Assembly: GCA_040219255.1 (NCBI GenBank)
Contig: JAVJSW010000027.1
Coordinates: 1-64,000, forward strand
Direction: 5' to 3'
From: Sumerlaeia bacterium
GTDB lineage: Bacteria > Sumerlaeota > Sumerlaeia > SLMS01 > JAHLLQ01
Length of the DNA stretch: 64,000 nt
Shown: piece after piece, positions 30,720-38,695 of the stretch
Layout of the letters: each line of letters starts with the position of its first letter
Position numbering within the stretch: position 1 is the stretch's first letter
Notes under the pieces: model-generated
Databases searched by the model: none
Seen by the model: only the letters and a program-made list of their open reading frames with translations
Told to the model about the DNA's origin: nothing
Translations under genes and position numbers: made by a program

Positions 30720-31736
30720 ATGCAAACCATCAATGAACGAAAGAGCGCCCTGATCGCCGCTCTTCAAACCCTTCTACCCGGCTGGCAAGTCCGCCCCGCC
30801 ATGGGCGATCTCGATGCGGACAAACGCTTTGGTCTCGGCCACGCGCCGGAAATTCAGGTCGCCGCCGGGGGATGGAAACCGCCCGCTAGCGACCGCGGCC
30901 AGGGCGGCGGCACCGACCGCTGGCTGGTGCGCGTGGCGTCCGGCGATGTGCAGGGCGTGGACGATCGCCTCTGGGGCGCCGATGGGGTTCTGCCCGCCGC
31001 CGATGTCATCCGTCAAGGTCTGACCGGATTACAGTTAGCCACCGGCCACTCGCCTCTCCTGCCCGCCGGGGGCAAGCTCCTCAATGCCGGCCTGCCGGCC
31101 GTCTGGGAGGAGGTCTTCGAAGAAGCCCGACCCCTCGCCGGTCTGATCCGTGCGGCCTTTGGCGAGGGCCTGGAACTTCTCAACCTGACCGGAGGCGCCG
31201 TCGCCCGGGGCGCCACCACTCTGCCCGATTTCGGCGCCGAGGTCGGCGATCTCGTGGGGCTCTACGATCTCTCGGGAGGCGCCATGGAATTCCTCGGCGA
31301 AGTCCTCGCCAAAGACGCCGGCACCCTCACCGTCGAGCGCCCCACCGGCCAGGCCTTCAGCGCACTGGCCCAGGGCCTCCGCTTCGTCCATCCCACGCGT
31401 CTGCCCACCGGCCCCGCCCTGCGCGGCGCCACCCGCCGCGAAGCCGCCACGCGCCAGGACTACACCCTCTCGGGCGCCAGCATCCGCACCGTCCTCGCCC
31501 CCGCGCGCCAGGACCTCGATCTGACCTTTTCGCCCCTCACCGCCGCCATGGCGGACCCGCTCCGCGCCGCGTGGGACGCCTTGCTGGACCAGCCCGAAAT
31601 CGTCTGGGCCGATGGCGCAGGCGTCTTCCACCGCGCCGCCCCCCGCGCCGCCGCCGAGGTCTTTGGTCTCGGTCACAATCTCGCCGGAGTCCGTCTCGAA
31701 ATGACGCTCCTGGGCACCCCGGAGGTAACCCCATGA
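30720..31736 (+). CDS. Putative Mu gp37-like tail terminator fused to a distal-tail-like domain
   Basis: N-terminal about 135 aa (I.E...ALIAALQ...V....GDL...P.I.V...W.V.V.......G...G......IRQGL.G...L.P) resembles DUF1834. The C-terminal TLSGASIRTVLAPARQDLDLTFSPLT resembles Dit/gpM-type proteins. Judged by eye only. Confidence 0.5.
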   Translation: MQTINERKSALIAALQTLLPGWQVRPAMGDLDADKRFGLGHAPEIQVAAGGWKPPASDRGQGGGTDRWLVRVASGDVQGVDDRLWGADGVLPAADVIRQGLTGLQLATGHSPLLPAGGKLLNAGLPAVWEEVFEEARPLAGLIRAAFGEGLELLNLTGGAVARGATTLPDFGAEVGDLVGLYDLSGGAMEFLGEVLAKDAGTLTVERPTGQAFSALAQGLRFVHPTRLPTGPALRGATRREAATRQDYTLSGASIRTVLAPARQDLDLTFSPLTAAMADPLRAAWDALLDQPEIVWADGAGVFHRAAPRAAAEVFGLGHNLAGVRLEMTLLGTPEVTP

Positions 31737-34414
31737 GCACCGCTCTCCTGACCACCCTGACCGATTGGACGCTGACGGTGCGTTGGCTGTCCGACGATCT
31801 GACGCAAGTGTTCACCCCACAACACTTTGTAGCCCAGCCTACCTTTTCCGAATCCCTCTTCGCCCAGTGGCGCGATTCGGCCCGCACCGGCGTGCGCGGC
31901 GGGGGAGAATTCGTCCTCGATGGCGCCGCCGCTCCGGCGGCCGCGTTCCTGGCCCGCGCCCGGACGGCCGTGGCGGACACCGCCCAGGTCAGCCTCTCGC
32001 GTGGCGGAGAAACCGTGTTCTTCGGCCTGTTGGAACGCTGGGAAGCCGAACCCGGCCGCCTGACGATTCGCGTCAATCTCGAGGAACCCCTCGGCAACGA
32101 CGCCCTGCTCTGTCGCGATCTGGCGGCGCTTGCCGAGGGCGCCGCCCTTGGCCTCGGCGAACCGCAATGGCTGCCCCAGATTTTCGGCCTTGCCGAGGGC
32201 CTGGAACTCGTGCCGCTGTTCCGGCCGCTGCGCGCCACGCTGCGGTCGAACTTGGGCGAGGCGGCCACCGAAATCCCACTCCGGGGCGCGGCCGCCGGGG
32301 AATTCCCCGCCACCGGCCGCGCCCAGATCGGCGAGGAAGTCGTCACCTACGCCAGCGTCCTCGCCGATCCGCCGCGCCTCGCCACGCTGACCCGCCCCGC
32401 CGCCCGCGAGCACGAAGCCGGCGCCCCCGTTTTCCTGCTGCCTGCCGGCGATCCCGCCTGGGTCGCCGCCGACCACGGCGCCACCGTCGCGAACCTGCGC
32501 GCCGGGTCGCCATCGGGCGAAGTCATCGCCGGCGCCACCATCGCCCCGGCCACGATTTCCGGCCGCGACGCCACCACGGTTTCGCTGCCCGCCCTGCCCG
32601 TGACGCGCTTCGATGGGCCGGGCGAGCAAACATGGCTTGGCGCCTTGCGTCCGTCCGACTGGAACCTCGAAGCCCCCACCACCGCCACCTTCGCCGCCAA
32701 CGCCTTTACCGGCGACGAAGGCCCCGGCGGCGCCAATCTGGCGGCTTCGACGAACGTGCTCGAAGCCACCTGGCTCCGCGATCTCGCCCGCACCAGTTTG
32801 CGCTTCTGGCAACTGCTCGACCTGCGCCTCCGCTTCCAGGTCCGCGCCCGTTCCACCTGGGGCGACACCACGAACCTGCGGGCCGAGGTCAGCCACGGCG
32901 CCAATAATTTCGTCCTCGATCTCGACAAGTTGGACGTCATCGTGTCCCAGCCCGCGCTCGACGGCGTCGCCGCGCTGGCTTCGCCCGCCGACCTGGCGCC
33001 CGCCCTGCCCGCGCCGGACCCCGCCATCGTGCGATTCGACGTCAGCACCGGCACCGACTCCAACGGCTGGGCGAACCGCCACTTTGCCGTTTCGGGCAAT
33101 TTCGATCAGTGGGCCGTCTATGATCGCTCGGCGGGCGATAACATCGCGGGCAAGCTCACCGGCGTCGTCCATCGCACCGGCCTCGACCCCGATAAAGTCC
33201 TCGACCGCGTCAAGCTGCGGGCCCGCATTCGCGCGTCGTCCTTCAACCTGACGAACCTGAAAATCGTCGTTTCCGGCTTCATCAATACGAACGTCACCCG
33301 CTCCGTCTCCACCTCCTGGAGCACCATCGAACTGGACGCCGCGGCCAATGGCGCCACAGCGGCGGACCTGATCGGTGCGGCGTTCGAACTCTATGAAGTC
33401 ACTGGCGAGGATTTCGAGGTCGCCGGGTTCTGGATCGAGGCCACGCCGCTCGCCGGCGTTGGCTCCGCCGATCCCTACACGCCGGTCGAGCTCGCCCTCG
33501 CCGGCCAGGCCGACGCGCCCTCGGACTATCGCACCTTTGAAATCGACGTCTCCGCGCTTCTGCCGGCCGCCGACCCGTGGGCGCTCTTCACCCCCGGCGG
33601 CGACGATCTGACGGTGCGCTTCACGCTGCAAGACGCCCCCTCCTATTTCGCCCTCGATCTGCGAGGCGTGCGGTGGGTCGGGCGCGCCATCCCGCCGGGC
33701 AAGGCCGAAGCCACCGCCCGCCTCTTCGCCGACGTCACCGGCCGCCTCTCCGAACCCGATGGCGCCTGCGCGCCCGAGGCCGTGCTGGAAACGCTCCTAA
33801 GCGATGGGGATTTCCTGGCCCTGCCGGGCGACATCCTCGACAGCGCCAGCTTCATCGCCGCGGGTACCGAACTGGCCGCCCAGAACCGCCGCCTGCGGGC
33901 CGCCTTCGCCGAACGCCTCGCCATCCGCGACGCCTTCCGCCGGGCCCTCGCCGAGAGCTTCGCGGTCCTCGCGCCCTCCGCGGGCCGGTGGGCGCTGCGC
34001 GTTCTCGAAGCCACCGCCCTCACCCTGCGCGACGCCACAGAGGACGACCTCCTCCAATTTCCCGGCCCCCGCGCCGGCGCCCCGCCGCTCCTGCAAGCCG
34101 CCCGCCTCCGCTTCCTCGACCGCCACAGCGGCGCGCTCCTCGGCCAGGCCACCCGCCCGTCCGGCGCGGGCCAGGCCGACTGGACCGTGATGTGGCTGGC
34201 CGACGGGTTCGCCGAACTCGCCACCGCCGCCTTCGCCCGCTTCGGCGTCCCCCACGAAGCCTGGACGGCGCCCCTCAGCCCCGCCTGGCTCGACCAATCC
34301 CTTGGAACCCATGCCAGGCTAACCGCCGAGGCCTGGGCCCTCGCCAACACCCCCGCCCCGATCATCGCAAGGCGCTTCGAGGCGGGGCGGCTGGAGGTGG
34401 AGGTTTTGGTGTAG
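31733..34414 (+). CDS. Putative tail-tip/baseplate hub protein (gpJ/Tal-like)
   Basis: ATGA-coupled to the previous gene with GGAGGT RBS. Contains LPQIFG, a virion-type segment TLRSNL.EA.TEIPL...FPATG.AQIGEEVVTY...TR...H.AGA.V, and P.AVLETLL...L....LD.ASF.AA. Confidence 0.55.
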   Translation: MSTALLTTLTDWTLTVRWLSDDLTQVFTPQHFVAQPTFSESLFAQWRDSARTGVRGGGEFVLDGAAAPAAAFLARARTAVADTAQVSLSRGGETVFFGLLERWEAEPGRLTIRVNLEEPLGNDALLCRDLAALAEGAALGLGEPQWLPQIFGLAEGLELVPLFRPLRATLRSNLGEAATEIPLRGAAAGEFPATGRAQIGEEVVTYASVLADPPRLATLTRPAAREHEAGAPVFLLPAGDPAWVAADHGATVANLRAGSPSGEVIAGATIAPATISGRDATTVSLPALPVTRFDGPGEQTWLGALRPSDWNLEAPTTATFAANAFTGDEGPGGANLAASTNVLEATWLRDLARTSLRFWQLLDLRLRFQVRARSTWGDTTNLRAEVSHGANNFVLDLDKLDVIVSQPALDGVAALASPADLAPALPAPDPAIVRFDVSTGTDSNGWANRHFAVSGNFDQWAVYDRSAGDNIAGKLTGVVHRTGLDPDKVLDRVKLRARIRASSFNLTNLKIVVSGFINTNVTRSVSTSWSTIELDAAANGATAADLIGAAFELYEVTGEDFEVAGFWIEATPLAGVGSADPYTPVELALAGQADAPSDYRTFEIDVSALLPAADPWALFTPGGDDLTVRFTLQDAPSYFALDLRGVRWVGRAIPPGKAEATARLFADVTGRLSEPDGACAPEAVLETLLSDGDFLALPGDILDSASFIAAGTELAAQNRRLRAAFAERLAIRDAFRRALAESFAVLAPSAGRWALRVLEATALTLRDATEDDLLQFPGPRAGAPPLLQAARLRFLDRHSGALLGQATRPSGAGQADWTVMWLADGFAELATAAFARFGVPHEAWTAPLSPAWLDQSLGTHARLTAEAWALANTPAPIIARRFEAGRLEVEVLV

Positions 34415-34504
34415 TGGCGCAGCCACAATTGGATTGCTACAACCCTTCCGGATCACAAGATTGTCATTAGAATATCTGGCGCGAGTCGTCTTAAGGAGGG
34501 GGCT

Positions 34505-37219
34505 ATGGAGCTTTCAATATTGAACGGAGAGACGGCTTCGCCCTGGACCAGGGCCACCCCCCTTGCGGTGGTGCTGCTGGCTGCCTTGGCGGTGCCACTC
34601 TGTGCCCAGGAATGGCGAGGTTTTCCGTTTCGAACCTTCGATGTAGGTGATTCGCCTGGAAGTATGATCACGGGGGACTTCAACAACGACGGCATCACGG
34701 ATCTCGCCACCGCCAATGGATTGTCCCACGATGTCACGGTGCTTCTGGGCAATGGGAGCGGGGGCGTCGGGGACTCCACTTTCGCCAGCCATGGTGCCTA
34801 TGTCACGGGACGCGAGCCAGGTAGCGTGACGTCAGGGGATTTCAACGGCGATGGTATCACCGACCTTGTCACTTCCCATTTCGGTTCCGATAACGTGTCG
34901 GTGCTACTGGGGAACGGGTCCGGTGGCGTGGGCGACGGGACCTTCGCCACCCATGTCGCCTATGACGCCGGCGATCAGCCGAACAGCGTGACCACGGGGG
35001 ACTTCAACGGCGATGGCATCATAGACCTCGCCATCGCTAACCGACGTTCCGAGAACATCTCGGTGCTACTGGGCAACGGCAGCGGGGGCGTAGGTGACGG
35101 CACCTTCGCCGAACAAGTCACCTACGCCGCCGGAGACGCGCCCCGTAGCGTGGTGACAGGGGACTTCAACGGCGACGGCATTACCGACCTCGCCACCGCA
35201 AACTCCAACTCCGACAACGTCTCGGTGCTGCTGGGGAACGGCGACGGCACCTTCGCAACCCAGGTCACCTACGCCGCGGGGGATGGGCCCAACAATGTGA
35301 CGACGGGGGATTTCAACGGGGACGGCATCACCGACCTCGCGACCGCAAACTCCGACTCCGACAACATCTCGGTGCTGCTGGGGAACGGGTTTGGTGGTGT
35401 GGGCGACGGCACCTTCGTCACCGATGTTGCCTATGGCGCCGGCGATGGGCCGAACAGCGTGACCACGGGGGACTTCAACGGCGACGGCATCACCGACCTC
35501 GCCACCGCGAACTTGTATTCCGACGACGTCTCGGTGCTGCTGGGCAACGAGTCCGGGGGAGTGGGCGACGGCACCTTCGCCGCCGCAGTCAACTACAACG
35601 CGGCCAATGGGAACTTTAGCGTGGCGACCGGAGATTTCAACGACGACGGCATCACCGACTTCGCCATCGCGATCTCAAGCTCCGGCAACGTCTTCGTGTT
35701 GCTTGGCAATGGCAGTGGGGGTACTGGTGATGGCACCTTTGTCTCTAAAGTTACATACGCCTCTGGGGCTTACCCCTTTAGCATCACATTGGCAGACTTC
35801 AACGGGGATAGCGTCCCCGACCTCGCCACTGCGAACTCGTTTTCCGACGATCTCTCGGTGCTGCTGGGCAATGGGAGCGGGGGCGTAGGGGAAGGCACCT
35901 TCGCCCCCCCTGTCAACTATCCTGCAGGTGACTACCCATACAGCGTAACAACGGGAGACTTCAACGACGACGGTATTACCGACCTGGTCACCGCGAATTT
36001 CTATTCCGACGAGGTTTCTGTGTTGCTGGGGAGCGGGTCCGGTGGGGTGGGCGACGGCACCTTCGTCCCACAGGTCACATTCGCCGCTGGCGACGGGCCT
36101 GTCAGCGTGGCGACGGGGGATTTCAATAGCGACGGCATCACCGATCTCGTCACAGCGAATTCGAGTTCCAGCAGTGTCTCCGTACTCTTGGGCAACGGGT
36201 CCGGAGGCGAGGGCAACGGAACCTTCGCAAGCCACACTACGTACGCCGTCGGGCACTCGCCCTGGAGCGCTACGACGGGGGATTTCAATAGCGACGGCAT
36301 CACCGATCTCGTCACAGCGAATTCAACCTTTGACAAGGTTTCGGTGCTGTTGGGCAATGGCTTCGGAGGAGTGGGCGATGGCACCTTCGCCACCCACGCC
36401 AGCTACCACGCCGGGAACTCACCAAGAAGCGTGACCACTGGGGATTTCAACAGCGATGGCATCACCGATCTCGCCACCGCGAATTACTCCTCTGAGGATG
36501 TATCGGTGTTGCTCGGCAACGGGAGTGGAAATACCGGAGACGGAACGTTCTCCGCCCCGATTTCCTACCCCGTCGAACGCGAACCCGTAAGCGTGATCAC
36601 GGGGGATTTTAACAGAGATGGAATTACTGACATCGCCACCGCGAACAGAGGATCGAACAACGTCTCAGTACTGCTAGGCAATGGGCCCCGAGCCGTGGGT
36701 GACGGCACCTTCGCCGCCCAAGTCACCTATGCTACCGGAGATGATCCCATTAGCATAGCGGCCGGGGACTTGAACGAAGACGGACTCACCGACCTTGTCG
36801 CTGCCAACACCCTCTCCGATAACGTCTCCGTGCTGCTGAACCTAGGATTATTCGAAGCTGAACCGGAACCGGACCCCGTCCTGACGCCCAACGCTCTGGT
36901 GTTCGGAAACGTCGAGGCGGGGTCCGGGTCGTCCAGCCTTCCCGTGGTGATCGAAGTCACGGGCGACGCGGATCTGATCTCGACTCCGACTCTGACGAAC
37001 GATGGCGGGGGTGTTTTCAGCATCACCGCGATCCCCGCTTCCCCTCTCGCGCAAGGGGCCAACGACACCCTCGAGGTGTCGTTCGCGCCTGATCGCCTCG
37101 GACGTTTTGTTGGCGAGGTAAGTCTCGCCACAAACGACCTGAGCAGCCCTGTTATCCTCATCCACCTTAGCGGCAGCAGCTTGGACCCCAGAGCTTCGAC
37201 TGGCTGGTTGGCGAATTGA
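34505..37219 (+). CDS. Secreted FG-GAP/VCBS repeat protein (14 repeats) with C-terminal Ig-like (ASH/choice-of-anchor D) domain
   Basis: Signal peptide; 14 copies of about 54 aa GDFNxDGITDLxTAN...VSVLLGNGSGGxGDGTF; LTPNALVFGNV domain; ends ASTGWLAN. Confidence 0.92.
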   Translation: MELSILNGETASPWTRATPLAVVLLAALAVPLCAQEWRGFPFRTFDVGDSPGSMITGDFNNDGITDLATANGLSHDVTVLLGNGSGGVGDSTFASHGAYVTGREPGSVTSGDFNGDGITDLVTSHFGSDNVSVLLGNGSGGVGDGTFATHVAYDAGDQPNSVTTGDFNGDGIIDLAIANRRSENISVLLGNGSGGVGDGTFAEQVTYAAGDAPRSVVTGDFNGDGITDLATANSNSDNVSVLLGNGDGTFATQVTYAAGDGPNNVTTGDFNGDGITDLATANSDSDNISVLLGNGFGGVGDGTFVTDVAYGAGDGPNSVTTGDFNGDGITDLATANLYSDDVSVLLGNESGGVGDGTFAAAVNYNAANGNFSVATGDFNDDGITDFAIAISSSGNVFVLLGNGSGGTGDGTFVSKVTYASGAYPFSITLADFNGDSVPDLATANSFSDDLSVLLGNGSGGVGEGTFAPPVNYPAGDYPYSVTTGDFNDDGITDLVTANFYSDEVSVLLGSGSGGVGDGTFVPQVTFAAGDGPVSVATGDFNSDGITDLVTANSSSSSVSVLLGNGSGGEGNGTFASHTTYAVGHSPWSATTGDFNSDGITDLVTANSTFDKVSVLLGNGFGGVGDGTFATHASYHAGNSPRSVTTGDFNSDGITDLATANYSSEDVSVLLGNGSGNTGDGTFSAPISYPVEREPVSVITGDFNRDGITDIATANRGSNNVSVLLGNGPRAVGDGTFAAQVTYATGDDPISIAAGDLNEDGLTDLVAANTLSDNVSVLLNLGLFEAEPEPDPVLTPNALVFGNVEAGSGSSSLPVVIEVTGDADLISTPTLTNDGGGVFSITAIPASPLAQGANDTLEVSFAPDRLGRFVGEVSLATNDLSSPVILIHLSGSSLDPRASTGWLAN

Positions 37220-37470
37220 ACCACCCTCAGCCCCCCCCCCGCCCGCCACCGTTCGAGCACGGTGGCGGGCGGGGGCTTGGGTTGGGGGGTCGCAGGCAGG
37301 AGTGCCTGCGCTACATCGGTTGATTGAGAAACATAAGGCTGAAATGTAGCACAGACTCTCCAGTCTGTGCCCAGCGGCGTTTTTCTCCGACAAACCACCC
37401 TCAGCACTCGCAGCAAAAAGCCACCGTTCAAGCACGGTGGCGGGCGTGGGCGGGGGCTGAGGGTGGTGGG
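37219..37470. repeat. Composite palindrome/REP cluster between convergent genes (possible bidirectional terminator)
   Basis: Two GCCACCGTTC(G/A)AGCACGGTGGC hairpins (about 37245 and 37420), terminal ACCACCCTCAGC / GCTGAGGGTGGT inverted arms, and REP copies at 37291-37316 and 37346-37370. Confidence 0.75.
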
Positions 37471-37498
37471 TGGCGGGCTGGAAGCCCGTGCTCCCGTC

Positions 37499-38377
37499 TT
37501 AGGCCTTCCGGAATCCGGCGCCGGAGAGGTCGCGGAAGCGGGCTTTGACGAATTGGTAGGCGCCGTAGGCGGCCACGCCGATGGCGACGACTCCCAGCAG
37601 CCAGGGGCCGTAGCTGGTGGTGGCCAGGGTGTTCAGGGCTCCGCCGAGGCCGCGGGCTTCGTTGGGGTCCTGCTGGATGGCGGCGACGATGAAGAACCCG
37701 CCGATGATGCCGAAAATCACGGCTCGCGAAGCGTAGCCCGCGCGGCCAAAGACCTTCACCGCTTTGGCGACTTTGTTGGTCATTTCGTGGCGCTTGAGTT
37801 TTTTCCAGAATTCCGCCTTCACCACGTTCTTGTAGAAGTGGATCAGCCCGACGATGACAATGATCGCGCCGAAAATCCCGACGAGCCATTGGCCGAAGGG
37901 TTGGCTCATGAGCTTGGCGGTCCAGCCTTTGGCGCCGCCGCCTTGGCCGCCGCCGGAGCTGTTGCCGATGACGAGGGCGAAGGCCTGGATCGCCAGACCG
38001 GTGTAGAGGACGGCGCTGGCACCGTGGTAGGCGCGCTTGACCCAGCCGGATTTGCCGTTGTTTTCGCGCTCGGGATCGAGGACCGCTTGGGCCGCTCGCC
38101 AAGCCACGTAGGCCACAAGGCCGATGCCCATAAGGACGAGCATGATCTGGCCAAAGGGTTCGTCGGCGATGGAGCTGATGGCGCCTTTACTGCCGGTGAC
38201 CTGGCCTTCGCCGCCGCCGGAGAAGGCGGCCTGGGCGGCGAGAACGCCGACGATCAGGTAAACGACACCTTTCGCCACAAAGCCGGTGCGGGCTAGGATT
38301 TCGAGAGGGGATCGGGAATCCCGGTTGGGCACCGCCTGGTCGGCGGCTTCGTGGGTCATGCCTTTCGCGTTCGCCAT
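37499..38377 (-). CDS. DUF1206 domain membrane protein
   Basis: LARTGFVAKGVVYLIVG, GAI..I..EPFG, GWTAKLMSQPFG and A.GLGGAL..L....YGPWLL. Confidence 0.9.
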   Translation of the reverse strand: MANAKGMTHEAADQAVPNRDSRSPLEILARTGFVAKGVVYLIVGVLAAQAAFSGGGEGQVTGSKGAISSIADEPFGQIMLVLMGIGLVAYVAWRAAQAVLDPERENNGKSGWVKRAYHGASAVLYTGLAIQAFALVIGNSSGGGQGGGAKGWTAKLMSQPFGQWLVGIFGAIIVIVGLIHFYKNVVKAEFWKKLKRHEMTNKVAKAVKVFGRAGYASRAVIFGIIGGFFIVAAIQQDPNEARGLGGALNTLATTSYGPWLLGVVAIGVAAYGAYQFVKARFRDLSGAGFRKA

Positions 38378-38695
38378 GATTGTTGGTCCTCCAAAGGAAA
38401 AATCATAATTGGTTCCGGGAATCGCCGCGGCGAAACGGCCCAGTTCCCGGCGAAGTGATGTCTATGCGTGGACTTATCGGGTAAGCCCTGGGACCCAAGA
38501 GGCAACTTGCGGACCACGCCCGGCCCCATGGCGGGGGAGCGCCTGCCTGCCCGGTCCGGGCCCCGGCGCCCCGGCGAGGAAGCGTCGCGCCGCCGAACTT
38601 TCTGCCCCCCGCGCGGGAGCTTTCCGTTGCGGCGCGCGGGCCGGCTCTCCTACCTCGCTTTGACGCTGTCGATTCCCCAGAGGACGCCCCCTCCC

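Noticed and set aside
25748-34414. Complete Mu-like prophage, encapsulin, or contractile injection system
   Set aside because: There is no transposase, terminase, lysis or regulatory gene for a prophage. Portal and neck genes argue against an encapsulin, and no sheath or tube gene supports a CIS or tailocin.
34670-36840. FG-GAP DNA repeats as a diversity-generating retroelement TR/VR pair
   Set aside because: Differences between repeats are not adenine-specific and no intact reverse transcriptase is present. These are ordinary coding repeats.
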